From the human T2T-CHM13v2.0 reference genome, Homo sapiens, in the NCBI RefSeq assembly GCF_009914755.1, contig NC_060931.1: a DNA stretch of 64,000 bases. One strand, 5' to 3'. Below are positions 13,675 through 31,828 of this stretch, in pieces (within the stretch, counting starts at the first letter, position 1; each line of letters starts with the position of its first letter). A program made the translations under genes and the position numbers. The notes beneath the pieces are model-generated. The model was given only the letters and a program-made list of their open reading frames with translations. It searched no databases and was not told the origin of the DNA.

Positions 13675-14735
13675 GTAATTGATCGCTTGAAAAAATAAGA
13701 TCCCATTTCAGTTGATGTGTTTGGAATACTTGCCTTACTGGTCATAATAGCACAATGAGTGAAAATATTGGATTGAATTTCTAATGCATTCAAGATTAAA
13801 GGAATAGATTTGAATATGTAATTAGAATGTGATTTACTATTCTGATATAGGTTGTACTTACACCTAGGAAGTCTATCATTATATTTGTAAAAGTAAGCCC
13901 ATTAGTGAAATTATCAGTCAACAAAAACCTATGGTTACAGAGCAATGCCAATAACAGCTTTGGTATGATACATTTACTTTCCAAGGGCAACAGCCCTACC
14001 CACAAGTATTGCTCCTGTCTAGGCACAAATGTTTAAACAGATCTTTAGTATGGTAGCTTCTGGAGCTCTGAGTAGTCAGCAAAAGTCTTTCCTAGCTGTT
14101 TTCAAGTGGAGATAGGGATGGATGGAATCATGGAGAATGGGCATGCATACAGCCTGTATATTCAGCAGCAAAAAAACAGTATATATTGAAGTCCTGCCAT
14201 GTGCCCAGCACTGTGCCAGTCACCAGGGATCTGATGCACTGGGGTGGACATGATGTGGGGACAGAGGGCCTGAACCTGTGGCAGAGCACAAGATCAGGGT
14301 AAGACTGAGGTGTAGATTCACCTGGAGGCAGTAGCACAGCCTTTGGAGCCTCAGGGTCTTACCACGCTTCAGAGCTTTCCAGGGGTATACTTTTGAGGAT
14401 GATAATATTACATGCTGCAGTTCTGTGCAGGATGGAGAACTAGCATGCCAGAAAAGTCCAGGAGGCCTCACCATCAGCAAATCAGCAAAATCATCGCTGC
14501 CATGCTTTTCTTTAGATGAAATAAGAAAGAGTGGGCTGTATAGAGGCATTTTAAGTGGAATAACAAGCTTCTCAAATGGGGAATAGCCCACCCACTCACT
14601 CTCTTTACCTCTGAGGTTGTGATACGGTGGTCCGTGGAACCACACTCAGCCTGCCCAGAATTTATGTGTGTGTCAGTTGTCTGTGTGTTTGTATTTTAAA
14701 AATCAATTAAAAAAAATATGAGAATGCTTACAGCA

Positions 14736-15039
<304 letters not shown>

Positions 15040-15389
15040 TAGCTGCCAACATTTGACAGTTCTAAGATTTTCTGTAAAAACCTTGCTTCCCAGCCTCTGC
15101 AGACCAGTCAGAAGGCCTGGCTGCCTGGTCTGCAGCCCCAATCAGGAGCAGGCGGCTGAGCAGAGCTGCCCCCATCAAAGGCATGGACACTCCCTGGTTC
15201 TCCTCGGTGCTCTCTGGCAGCCCCGTCCCTTGTAGCACCTCACTTGCTCTCCCCATTCCCATTACCCACCCACACTTTAGACAAGTGAGTGTGTGACTGC
15301 TTACATTATTGGGCCTACCCTGTTGGAGGATCTACACTCGAGGAAAAGTTTATCATAGTAGATCATAGCATGTTGAAATCAAACAGTCC

Positions 15390-15865
15390 TGAATCCTAGG
15401 ACTGGCAGAATTCAGCTCCACCACACCTGAGCAATGGTGTTATAACTTTAGGCAGGTGACCCATGAGCCCTCCCCTCCCGTAAGTGAAAAGAGAGTGACG
15501 TAAGCGTTTGCAAAATGGGAAAGATCCCTCCTCATTTGCAGTGTTGTGAGCATTGAAGGCTCTAGTGATCGTAGGCAGCATTATACATTATTACCATGTG
15601 ACATTGTAAGGCTCAGTTTGTTAGAAGGGGTGTAAGAAAGCAGAAACAGAAAAAGTGAACTTAGAGTTGAGAACCATGTTTGAGTAGTGACTGATAACAG
15701 AAGACTGGAGTTCAGGGAGTTGCTCTTCAACTTACCGGTGTGACTTTGGACAAGTTATCTAATGTTGATCTTTTTCCATTGGAAAAATGAGTACAGTAAG
15801 GCCCACATCACCCTCATTTTTATGAGAGTTCTCATAAAAATTAAATTACATAGTGCTTTGTATGC
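15390..15865 (+). mobile_element. Two MIR fragments (~15390-15590, ~15690-15865)
   Basis: gtgtgactttggacaagttatctaat... and similar MIR cores. Confidence 0.5.
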
Positions 15866-16290
15866 CCCAGAAAGAAAGGAATGGAGTTTCAAAGAACCCA
15901 GATTGTTCTTCCTAATAAGAAGTAGGCATGATGTGGACAGTGTGTGACAGTGGCCTGGTGGCCAGGCTACACGCCTTGGATGGCGGGAAAGGAATTGTTT
16001 CCTAGATCTTCAGTTTCCACATGGATGTTTTCTGAAACTGAATTCCCCAAGAACAGGCCTTTGTGTAGGCACCAAGCCATTTCTCTTTTCCGACCACCTG
16101 TAATAGTGGTTTCTCCTCCATCCCAGGAGAAAGCGCACCTGTACCTTATCTGAGTCTTCCTGTGGAACTCTCTCTGGGGGGTGCAAGAGTAAGACAGAGT
16201 AATATCAAAGTTCCCACTATTAAAGAATTCTTTTGATTTTTAAATGGATAATATGGGTCTCAAACTATTATTTGCAAATCGTTGAATATA

Positions 16291-16608
16291 CAGAGGGTCC
16301 CCAACTTACGATGGTTCAACTTAACAATTTTTTGACTTTACGCAGTTGAGAAACCCTTCTGTTTTTTACTTTATAGTATTTAATAAGTCACATGAGATAT
16401 TCAACAGTTTATTATAAAGCAGGCTTTGTGTTGGATGATTTTGCCCATTTGTAGGCTGATATTAGTGTTCGGAGCATGCTTAATATAGGCTAGGCTAAAC
16501 CGTGGTGTCTATGAGGGTAGGTATGTTAAATGCATTTTTGACCTAGGGTATTTTCAACATACGCTAAGTTTATTGGGACATAACACCTTCATAAGGCTAG
16601 CAGCATTT
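16291..16608 (-). mobile_element. TcMar-Tigger MITE (MER47A-like)
   Basis: ta-cagagggtccccaacttacgatggttcaactta terminus; internal ataggctaggctaa. Confidence 0.75.
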
Positions 16609-16615
16609 CAATTTA

Positions 16616-17063
<448 letters not shown>

Positions 17064-17678
17064 TTAAGAGCCCTTGCATATGTATTTGTTCATTGGAAAC
17101 ACAAGAAGACAAAACGTTGTTGGTTGTATTGAAGCAAGATTGAGGGAGTGACTCGTTATATGTGGACTATTAAAATAAGCTATGTGCTTCACTACTATGA
17201 CATGGGAAACGTAAGGAGGAATGGGTGATTCTGAAGCAAGAATTGTTTGGGGTATTTGTGATAAATTATATTATGTTCCACGAGGGCCTCAGACACTTAG
17301 ATGGGTTATCAGGAATCTATCATAGCTTGCTTTTTTTTTTCCCCATGATATAAAACCTGTCTAAAAATCTCATACTATTTTTTCAAATTACTCTTTCATC
17401 TACTTCCTTCCAGTAAGCATGTTCATTTATCATATGTTAGCCTTCATGAGACCTTTGTAAGTTTCAAATGAAAAAAACATGGATACTTTATGAAAAAGGT
17501 AGTTGTTTCCCACCTTAACAGGACCCTTATTTTTCCCCACTTTGGTGTCAGTTATGAAAATGCTAACCCTATAAAGAGCAAATACTACACATTTACTTTT
17601 TCTAGCTTTGACTTAAAATAACATTTTCTTTGCTGTGTGCGTTACACACTGCACAGTGAATTTCAAGTGTTGTATTTC

Positions 17679-17973
17679 TTTTTTTTTTTTTTTTTTTTGA
17701 TGTGGAATCTCACTCTGTTGCCCAGGCTGATGTGCAGTGGAGCGATCTCGGCTCACTGCAACCTTCGTCTCCTGGTCTCAAGCGATTGTCAGCCTCCTGC
17801 GTAGCTGGGACTACAGGCATGTGTCACCACGCCTGGCTAATTTTTTTATTATTAGTAGAGAAGGGGTTTCACCATGATGGCCAGGCTGGTCTCACACTCC
17901 TGACCTCAAGTGATCTGCCTGTCTCAGCCTCCCAAAGTGCTGGGATTACAGGTGTGAGCCGCTGCACCCGGCC
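17679..17973 (-). mobile_element. Alu (AluS-like)
   Basis: Poly-T; decayed TSD tcaagtgttgtatttc / tcaaatgttacatttc. Confidence 0.9.
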
Positions 17974-18636
17974 TCAAATGTTACATTTCATATTGATGCT
18001 CATGTCTACATTTTGGTGGCACAGGTGACTACATTAGCAAGTTGACGGTAATTCAGCAATTAAACTAAGTTTGCATAGATATCTTAGGTGGATTTGTATT
18101 CTTTCCAGAAAGCATTTAGTCTAAATTATTTTCTACTTTGGAATGAAAAAATCTTTTCTAATTATATTCAACATATACATACACCTAAGCCGAGAATTTC
18201 TTAATGCTAGGCACAATATTTATTATTGTAACAGAAGGAATAATTGTATACTCTAAACTCCTAAAAATTTTATAGTTTTCTTATGTAACCTGCCTCTGTG
18301 GTTCAATTTCTATGACAATATAAAAATAGAAATTTGATGGATGTTTATTCTTGCTTTATTCCAGGGAAAATAAGAATGGTTAAGGGAAAGGTTATTTTTT
18401 TCTTTTGTTTTATAAAAAGGCAAACATTTCACAGTATCAATAAAAATTATGAAATACCTGGGAATAAGTTTTATAAGAAATGAGTAGAACCCACGTGGAA
18501 AGTGCGTAATGAGATATAAAAGATGATACTTATGTAGGAAACCCACTTGCTATAAAAATTACAGTTCCTTTGAAGCCATCATAGAATTTTAGCCTAACAT
18601 CAGTAGAACTTTTCAGAAAGCTAATATCAATAGCTG

Positions 18637-18931
18637 ATTTTATTTTGCTGAGATAGGGTCTCACTCTGTTGCCCAGGCTGGAGTGCAAGTGGCCTGATCA
18701 TGGCTTACTTCAGATTCAGCCTCCTGGGCTCAAGCAGTCCTCCTGCCTCAGCCTCTCAAGTAGCTGGGACCATGGGACCCACCAGCACACCTGGCTAAGT
18801 TTTCTATTTTTTGTGCAGATGGGGTTGCACTGTGTTGCCTAGGCTGGTCTCAAACTCCTGGCCTCAAGTGATCTGCCAGCCTTGACCTCCCAAAGTACTG
18901 GGATTACAGGTGTAAGCCACCACACCTGGCC
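18637..18931 (-). mobile_element. Alu (AluJ-like)
   Basis: gagatagggtctcactctg...cacacctggcc. Confidence 0.9.
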
Positions 18932-19195
18932 TGGATATTTTAATAAAAAATGCCAATGGGATTTTCTGGGGAAGTAACTGATGAAGTTTTTCTAAAGCTC
19001 ATCTAGAAATGTAAACAGAAGAATACCAACAAATTTTCACAACATTAAGTGAATAATGGGGAGGAACTTTTTTTTCTAAAACCCAAGGCATATTAGAATG
19101 CCATAATAAGTAACATGTTAATAGTATAAAATTAAACAATATGCCAGAGGAGCATTTTGAACCAGACCATTATATTTATAAAAAATATATGATCA

Positions 19196-19483
<288 letters not shown>

Positions 19484-20352
19484 TTAAATTATATATATAT
19501 TCAAATGAGTTCTCAAACCAATGCTAAAAACAACTTTTTGCAAACATTCAAAATAGATCCTCATTAAACATCAAAATAAATTTTAGATACAATGAACAAT
19601 TAAATATAAAAAAATGGAAACATAAACAAAGGGAATATTTGAATGATCTCAGATTATACCAGGAGAAAGTACAAAAGCATTGAGAAACTTCATCAGAAAC
19701 CGATCACAGATAAATTTACAAATATTTACAAGTTTTGTATAAAAGATACAAAATTTTTAATTGCCCATTTGCTTAATCTTATAAGTTAAAAGGTAAGCAA
19801 CAAACTGGGACAATATTTGCAACAAATCAGACAGTTCTGTCTCTAATAACTTGGGATCTCCTGATGACAGTGGTGGAGACAAAGCTTGGCTCTCCTTCTT
19901 TGTTTGTGAATGTCATCCCAGGAAGCAGGTGTAAAGGCAGGGGAATGAAGCAGGGAGGAAGGAAGCACCAGTGCAGGGATCCCTTATCAAGTTGGCAGTC
20001 ACTCTAAGTGCCTGGAGCTCAATCTTGTTTGCAACGTCTATGGAGTCTTATGAAATGCATCTCAGAAGTGCCCACTCTAATGGGTGAAAGAGGAAATTAT
20101 TTATCAGCTCCTGTACTTGGCTGATAAATATGGGTCCCATGGTTATTAGCCTTCATTTCTAATTAGCTCAAGCATTGGTAAGCAGCTAAACCTGCTGGCT
20201 GTGGTGCCAGAGAATCCCCAGGACAGGAAGCAAGAAATAGGAGGCATGGGTTGAGGCAAAGTGATGCCAGCTGCGCCACCATAAAGCTACTCAGGGCTGC
20301 CTGGAAGTGTTGACCACAGCAGCAGCTCAAGTAAAAGGTAGAGCCAGAAGGA

Positions 20353-20362
20353 TTTTTCTTTC

Positions 20363-20393
<31 letters not shown>

Positions 20394-20674
20394 GAGGGAG
20401 AGGGTCTCACTCTGTCACCCAGGCTGGACTGTAGTAGTGTAATCATAGCTCATTGCAGCCTGGAACTCCTAGACTGAAGTGATCCTTCTGCACCAGCCTC
20501 CCTAGTAGCTGGGATCACAAATGGGTGCCACCACAACTAGCTATTTTTTTTTTTTTAGACACAGGGTCTTGCTATGTTGCCCAGCCTAGTCTTGAACTCC
20601 TGGTCTCAAGCAGTCCTCCTGCCTTGGTCTCCCAAAGTGCTGAGGTTACAGGTGTGAGCCACCACTTCCAGACC
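20353..20674 (-). mobile_element. Alu (AluJ-like)
   Basis: (CTTT)n/T tail; TSD aaggattttt. Confidence 0.88.
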
Positions 20675-21346
20675 GAAAGGATTTTTAAAATAGAGAGTAA
20701 GAGGACAAAATTGAGTCTATTCCTTGAACCCCTCAGTGTAACTTGTACCTGCTGTTAAGTCTAATTCATGAAAGAGTCCCTTCTAAGAAGATAGTCAGCT
20801 ATAGTTTCTAACAAGGACTTTATTCAAGAGAGTTAGTAGAACAAGCTATTTTTCTTACTGGACCAAGTCTCAAGGCTATAATTGGTATTTATGTTCTCCT
20901 GCCCATTTTAGGTATGCATAACTCTCAGCCTGCTCTTCAGCTAGTCGAATTTGCTTGGTGCTGGGTGGCCCAGGCCCTCATCTCACCTTTTAGTTGCCTT
21001 GCCTTTGTAGGGCCATGGATTCTCTAATTGCAACTGGTCTTGCGAGTACTAAGAGATACCCCATTGACTTCTCTCCTCCTCACCTCTGCTGTGTGGCACC
21101 AGCCCTAGTGTCTTAGAGTGATTAGAGTCATTTACCTCCATCAGTGTAGTAACGCCTTTCTTTTTCACCAGCCCACTGGCATGAAGTTCACAAAGTGAGT
21201 AGGATGAATTAGAGTCAAATTCTCTGGGTCCCTTTTTCTTCTATAGGAAATCTCCCCCACTGAGAACTCAGATCTGTAATCCAAAAGAGCCTAAAGTTGG
21301 GAAAAAAACAAATAGATGGCCAGAATAGGGGCCAATCATATCTTGA

Positions 21347-21662
<316 letters not shown>

Positions 21663-22719
21663 AACACTACCAGGCATTGTTCCGAATCCTATTATCCTAT
21701 TAGTGTGGCTACTTCCAGGTGATGTAATAGCTACTAGGACTACCGGATCCTCTGGGGAAAGTGCCTGTTTTCATACCTCCTTCAATAAGTACAATGAGTC
21801 CCTGATCTGGGACAATTCTGTGCAGGCTGCCACGTGTATAGGAGGTATTCATGCTTCCAGATTGCGGTGCTGGCCTAGTCAATGAGCAGAGAAGGCAGAT
21901 CCATATCCAGAGGAGATCCTGAGTTTGATTAGGAAGAGTCACTGCATGTTTCCGTGGTAGAAAGGTCAAATATAAGCATCCAGTCCCAAGTGGCCAGCTT
22001 GAAGAATTGTGTCGCACTGAGGGCTCAGCATCAGTCTCTGCCGTTGCCACGTTTGGCATCTGGCATTGGCAAAAGCTAGATTAGCTTTGGTGAGGAGGAG
22101 CTGTTGCTTTTGGATTCATTCATAGCCTCAGTCCTTGCCAACATGACCGATTGATGTCCCATTTTATTAGTTGAGAAGAAATCTAAATGACACCCACAGT
22201 TGAGTCATCCTCTTCAACTGATCGATGAGTGCCTTATCTGAAGTGGATGCTCTCTAGTGATATAAAAAATCCACATATTACACCCACCCCCATTGGGCTA
22301 TTTACATATGACTTTCTTGTTTCTGAATTTCCAGTCCTGTTTCTCCCAGGCCTCTTTCCCATCAGCCAAGCCATTTGTTACTGCCCAAGTGTCTCTTTAT
22401 ATCCATTCTCAAGCCATTTCTTTCTCAAATCTCTCCCTATTCAAAGTTAAGGACCAAAGGTACTACTTGCAGCTCCGTCTGCTTGGAAGGCTCTTCCTTA
22501 ACTGCGCTCCCTTTGGCCACGCATGAGTAAGGCCATAGTGTGACATCTTCATTTTCCGGATCAAGTTGACTCATGTATAATCCCAGGCCTGAGTGTTTAA
22601 CTGTTCTATCAATTGGTGAGGCCTGTGTATAACTGAGACAGTAGTCTTACTCTTGTGGCTACATAGTTCTGTTAATAATTCCCTCATAATGCTTATCTCC
22701 AGTTGCATATTTTCTTTCT

Positions 22720-22825
22720 TTCAAGATAGAATCTTGCTCTGTTGCTTAGGCTAGAGTATATATATATGTATATACAAAATATATATATTTTGTAGAGATG
22801 GGATCTCACTGTGTTCCCAGGCTGG
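22720..22825 (-). mobile_element. Internally deleted Alu remnant with TA-rich centre
   Basis: Right-arm 3' end plus TA tract plus left-arm 3' end; flanked by gcatattttctt on both sides. Confidence 0.7.
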
Positions 22826-23444
22826 CATATTTTCTTAATACCTATGGGGTCAGGACTTCAGTTTGTCCTAAGGACATCAGTGTATGTAGTTCCCTTCTGC
22901 AGAAGGCATGATCTTATTCCAGGACCTTATGGATGCATGTTTGACTCTTCTTTGGGGCTACTAGAGACTCCCCACAACATCCTTATCCACAACAGATATC
23001 TCTGGCAACATTCTATATGCTGGGATACGTGGCTTATGTGAAAGGGCAGCTTCTAGAACTATTGTCTAATTCTATGGCTGAGTCCTGTCTTCCTCTTTGT
23101 CTCCCTAAAAACTGGCAACCTGGGTCAAGATAAAGTAACTGGGATCTGATTTACTGCCTCATTTGAAACAACTGTAAAACTGGACAAAAATATGAACAGT
23201 TGTTTTCAAGACATTGGATATCAGGCAGTGAAAGATTGTGATCGCTGAGAGATGGAAGACAAACAAGGTGAGCCCTATGTTTGCCCTCTGCTTACTGCCT
23301 TGAGGGGATTTCTAGGCTGTGGCACAGAGAAGGAAAACCCAGGCAGAACCTAGAGGACCTTCTGAGTTGAAGAGAGCTGAGAGTTTGGAAAGATCAAGGC
23401 AGCTAGATTTCTAAGGGCAGGGTACTGGATAAGAGAGCACTACA

Positions 23445-23838
<394 letters not shown>

Positions 23839-24909
23839 TCAGCACATTCATGTGAGAAAACTACCCCAGGCAAGGGAAAGGACTATCCAAGAAGATTAGA
23901 GGCAATAGTTCCCTGTGCTTACACAGGACTCGGCGGAGTGTCTGTTCTCACCAGCCAAATCGTAAAACCTCATATTCATGAGTTTATCAGATAGCCTGCA
24001 CAGAGGTGTCTTGGGTCAGGAGAATGATTAGCCCTAGACCAAATACTGCTCTGGTTCTGCCTAACAAGTCTTGAAAAGCAAGATCCAAAAGGATCAAACT
24101 GTTGCTCAATATCTTCACAGTATCAGAGAACAAAGTTAATGAATATTTATAGGAATGCAAAAATTTCCAGTACCCAACAAGGGAAAATTCACAGTGTCTA
24201 GAATCTAATCAAAGATCATCAAGCATATGCAGATGCAGGAAAGCATGACCCATAATCAGGAGAGAAATCAGTTGATTGAAACCAAGCCAGAACTGACACA
24301 GTTATTAGAGTTAACAGAGAAAGATAATGAAACAGTTATAACTGTATTGCATATGATCAAAGTAGAGACACGAAAAACACAAAAAAGGCAGAAATCTAAC
24401 TTATAAGGATGAAAACTATAATGTGTGAGATAAACATTGGATGGGACCATCAGGAAACTAGACATCACAGAAGAAGATATTAATAAAGCTATAGTGATAG
24501 AACTATCCAAAATAAAAGGCAGATAGAAAAAAAATCAAACATAATGAAAAGGGCACAAATGAGTTGTGGGAAAGCTTCAGATGGCCTAATAGATGTGTAG
24601 TTGGAATCCCCCAAGGAGGCAGTCAGAGGAAAAATATTTGAAGAAATAATTTTTTCAAATTTGCAAATCCCAATTACTGGAGTTACCAGCCAGTGCAATA
24701 AGGCAAGAAAAAGAAATAAAAGGCATCCAGATTGTAAAGAAAGAAGTAAAACTGTATTTTCAAGTTACATGATCATTTATGTAGAAAATATATACTTTTA
24801 AAAAGCTGCTGATAAGTGAGTTTAGCAACATTACAAGATAGAAGATCAACATATAAGAATTAATTATATTTCTGTGTACTAGCAAACAAATCTGAAAATT
24901 ACATATTTA

Positions 24910-25083
<174 letters not shown>

Positions 25084-25371
25084 TTAAGATAGTACAAAAA
25101 AATCTGAAGTAAGGATAAATCTGACACAGGGTCTATAAGGTCTTTACACTGAAAACTACAAAACAATGCTGAAAGAGAGAAGAAAAAGAAGACCTAAATC
25201 AATGGGCAGATACACTGTGTTTATATATCTGAAGGCTTAGTATTATTAACAGATCCATTTTTTCCAAACTTATCCCTTGGTGATATTCTTTAGGCCCGAG
25301 ACCCTGAGACAAATTACATAACTAAAATCTAAAATTCATCACTAAGCTGTGGGGAAGATTTCTCTACAAGA

Positions 25372-25788
<417 letters not shown>

Positions 25789-28169
25789 TAATTGTGTGTA
25801 ACTCCCATCTACATCTTCGTGAAAAGGGCTTAATTTCTCTAGTTGTCCATCTTGATGTTCAGCTTTCATTTTCCTAAACTTGGTTTATGTCAGCTCTCTT
25901 TTTCTAGTTAACTCCTCTTTGCTCCTGTCCTCTATGAATTGCCTAGCTTTCAACAGCAAGGACAGCAGGTGCTATCTTATTTAATTTAGATCCATAATAT
26001 TAATGCGGTGTGACCTCATGTTCATATTCTCCCCACAAAGTTGAGTGTTTTTGTATTTCTGGCTTCAGTTTGACTGCTTTTTGGAACTCTGTATGGTCAT
26101 AACAGATATGAATGTTTATGGAGAATCTCTGAGGCAGAATTAGCATTAGGCTTTTTAAGGTTCTCATTGGTAAATGATTTGGATTTAGATAATTATTGGT
26201 TCTTTGTTTAGGGATCATTGTGGAAGCTAAGTGAAGACCTTGCCAGAATTGACCAAACTACTCTGTAACATAATTCATTGTTGACAAATACTCCCGAGTG
26301 AGACAAGTGGGAGCTTTTAAAATTTATATTTTTAATTTGCTCATGCTTATAATGTTTAATAGAGTGGTTTAGGTCTTTTTTCCATTATGCGTTGGAATGG
26401 ATTTTTTTGATTATGTAGAAACTAACATTTGCCTTCATACTTTAATCCTTGATATAATGGTCCCCAACTTTTATGTTCATAGAGAACCTGGCATTATAAA
26501 GAATTAAGTCAACAGACATGCAATAAAAGATTTTTATCCCTAAGAAAAGGCAATGTCCTCTTTCCTGAAGGTTTTCTGAAATTCCTTTTTTACCGACTTG
26601 AGAGAGCAATTAATGCTCACAGTAGATTTGACAGACGGTTCTAGTCATCTGTGCTTCACTAAATATGGATTGCACATTTTCTGCCCCTGATTTAATAAGG
26701 AAAAGTAGGAATGAATGACGAATGCATAATCCCCAAAGCATTGTTTATTTTAGAGAAAATCACATAAACGGGAATCCCAGAGGAGGAGTCTTGGGAACAT
26801 TTCAACATTAATTCTTAGGTCTTTGGATTGGCTTTCATAACTATTAATGAAGATAAAGTTTAAATGTAGTCATTCATGGTATGGCATCAATAAAAAGTTA
26901 TCGAAGATTAACATCTAATTGATACCAGGAGAGCTTATATTCATTCACCAGATTTATATTCCCAAAACCAGTGCTACAGATTCCATAGACCCTCCCACAC
27001 AGGGACCTGTTTATTGCCCTTCTCAAGTTAATATGAATTTTGAAATAAATAATACACAGATTAAATAACTTTTACAAATATTGTGTTCCCTTTGTATAGC
27101 TTCCATCGTTACCATACTGTTTAATTTAACTTCATATTGATTACTTCAATTGTTTTGAAAGAACTAAAAACATAACCTCAGCTTGCCTGATGCCTAGGGC
27201 CTATTAGTGAGCTGTATACACCATCAAAGTCACATATATATCTCTCTCTTAACAAATTTCAGTTTGAATTGTCCTTGTGTTTTTCTAAGACAGCTTGTTA
27301 TGGCACAGTCTGGGTTTTTCATTTCATTATTTTGCTTTAGGAGAAAACCTGCTATAGACTCATCCCACTTTGGATTTTTTAAATTTCATGTAGAAAACTT
27401 ATAAAAATAAAATTGAAAACAATTATTTATCATGCCATTCCAAAAAGAGAATTGATGTATTTCCAAGAAGGACATAAATGGCTTACAGTTATTTTTACCT
27501 TAACCCATATTTTTTTTTCATTTTAAGGATAAGAATAGGCTTTGGTCCAAGGTATGAAAGCTTATTATAGAACTTGGTTGCTTATTTTCATGGAAAATAG
27601 ATATTTTCATACCAGCATAAAAATTAAAGTTGTGGAGAATAGTCTTATCTAAAGTGACATAAAATGGATATTGACAGTCCCCCCACCATTGAAAGAGAAA
27701 AATCTTCCATCTAATTTTAACAAATATGCAGATTTTTTTCTTATGAATCAAATTAAGTTCCCTGACCACCTAGGGGAAGTATAAATGTTCTCCTCTGCAC
27801 TGACGCTGTGGTTTTGGCCTGTAACAGGTAGATTCGGTCATATCATCTGGCAGTGCTTGGAAAGGACTGCTGAACAGTATTCTAAAATAGTATTTTGTTA
27901 GATGTTTTCTAAAATTTTAGTGGCTCATACTCAAGAGAACTTCTTATAACAGGTAAATGTGTCCCAGTTTAAGGGGATTCTTTATCTTCCCATGATTTTT
28001 AGTGGTTTACCAAGAGCCATGTTTTTTTGTTTATTTTTTCTTTTTTCATAAAAAAAGAAATGATTCTACGATATATTATTTAGGTTTTGCTATGACCGTG
28101 GTGAGCACCTAGTAACTTTAGAATATATTTCAGCCAAAATTATTTTGGCTATGTTCTAGGGTGTGGAAT

Positions 28170-28750
28170 TTTGAAGGGTTCTAAAACCACAGAAACCAAT
28201 TTTCTCTTGTGTGAGCTGTTGCATGGATGGATATTGGGGTGCCCTTAGAATCAGCCTGGAGATTGGGCAGTAACAGAGTGAGCCACAGTCACTCTGGAAC
28301 TGGTCCTCTGAGGGTCCTGCTGCTGGCCCCACCAAATACTGGCCATCACTGCTTGAGCCACTGCCCTAGTTGGCACTGGACACTCCCCTACTCCCCTGGA
28401 CTAGGGCTCCACTGTGCCCCCACCACCGCTGCTGTCAGATGAGTTCTCCTTTAGCCCTCTTCCTGGGCATCACCAACCCCAGATTTAAAAATCCAGAGCA
28501 AATGTGTCTAATTGGCCATGCTGTGTCTCAGAGCTGGTACCTGTAGAGGCAGGTGAGTGGTCTGGGAATATCCAGATGTGGTCTTTTCAGCCTTTAATTT
28601 GAGATAAGCCCCATCTCCACAAAAGCTCATAGGGTGGCAGATTCTCCAAATACAGGGAAGTGGTTCAGATCCTAGGTAGACTGAAAATGTCAGATGACTA
28701 GTCCCAGCAGTTGTTCCTGGGCTGAGATGGACCCGATGCTGCCTCATAAA
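28170..28750. mobile_element. Old MaLR LTR (MLT1-like)
   Basis: GC-richer island with MLT1-like motifs (gagcaaatgtgtctaattggcca...); by eye. Confidence 0.4.
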
Positions 28751-30075
28751 GAAATTCTAGGGTTGGTCCAGTGGTCCACTCAGAGATGCAGGTCACAACT
28801 GAGGCTTTCTCCTATTAGCAGAAATGGACATTTAAGCCTTTGGTTTTTGTTTGGATTTTGTGTTTTATTTTCTTTGCCATTCCTGATAATGAACTGGTCC
28901 TGGAAAACACTGTGTTAGTTGAGTAGAATTCTGCCTTGATAGAGTGAATGCAAACATTCCCTGCTGTGTTGATTTGAAATAGGAACAGGCATTTTCTATA
29001 CTTTAGTGGCATATGGTGCTAAGATTTTATCATACTTTCTTATAAAGAGCCAGGAAACTTTGCCTGCTTAAAAATGTGTGTTTATAAACAATAGACTTAC
29101 AATGAATATTCCCATCTGTTAGGTGAACATAATTTGTGTAGGAATTCCCATAATAGGTGGAGGACTTTGCAACTTTCTTCATATTTTTTCCTTGGTGAGA
29201 CATTAGACTAAAGAGATGGTACAAAACAGCATATGCTTAATATTCAATTTTGTCTCTATTTCTGCTTCTTGTTTGAAAGCAGTTCTATTTTTGGGCGTTA
29301 GTACGGAGGATTACTATAGAAATTCATAAGAATTTAAGACCTATTTAGGTATTGAAAAACAGGAAAAAGTAGAATGAGCAATCATATAAATATGGTTATG
29401 TTGCAGTGATAAAACTGTCTTTGTAATGTTTCAAATACATACTGCAATTACTTGTGCTATTTCTTCCCAAAAACTTTTGTTGACTTTGTTTTAAGCTAAT
29501 CTCACACCTCCCCTCTGTTGTAATCACAGCATGTAATAATCAAAGCCGCACATACTCCTGGTCTGGATTTGTAATTTAAATAAATGGCATTGGCTCTTTG
29601 CATTCAATTTGACATTATTGTGATTGTATTCAATAATTAATTTTGTTTTAGATGAACCATTCCACATAAAAGAATAAAAATTTTAAGATTAAAACTCAAC
29701 AATATTTTTTCTCTTTATAAAAGATTTTATTAATCCTTCCCTAGGAGCTCAAGAAGATTATCAGAGGGGAAAACATAGTTTGATTAATTTTTGTTTAATC
29801 TTGAATTACCTGTGTTGTCCAAATGTTTTAGTCGCTTAAAATTATGCCTATCAGTTCCTTTTTCAGGTTGCCTAATTGTGCATACTTGAATAAAAACATG
29901 AGCAATTAGTTGAATATAAGTGATTCAAGATATGCTTGGGAACTGAGCAAATACAGCGTAGCATACACTTTGTCTTTTACTCGATTTTGAAAAAGTTTCT
30001 CTGGTTATACTTTGTAAAAGGAAATACTTTTAAATTGTGGACAAGTATTACTGGAACATCTTTTTGGGTGGGTAA

Positions 30076-30356
<281 letters not shown>

Positions 30357-30479
30357 TCCTTTTCTTTCTTACGGTAGACACCTTCCCATATGTGAAAAGC
30401 ATCCAATCCTCATGTCTTACTCTTTTGTTTTTTGTTCAAATATGATGTACCTTATTCAACTGCAATGTGCATATATTCA

Positions 30480-31828
<1,349 letters not shown>

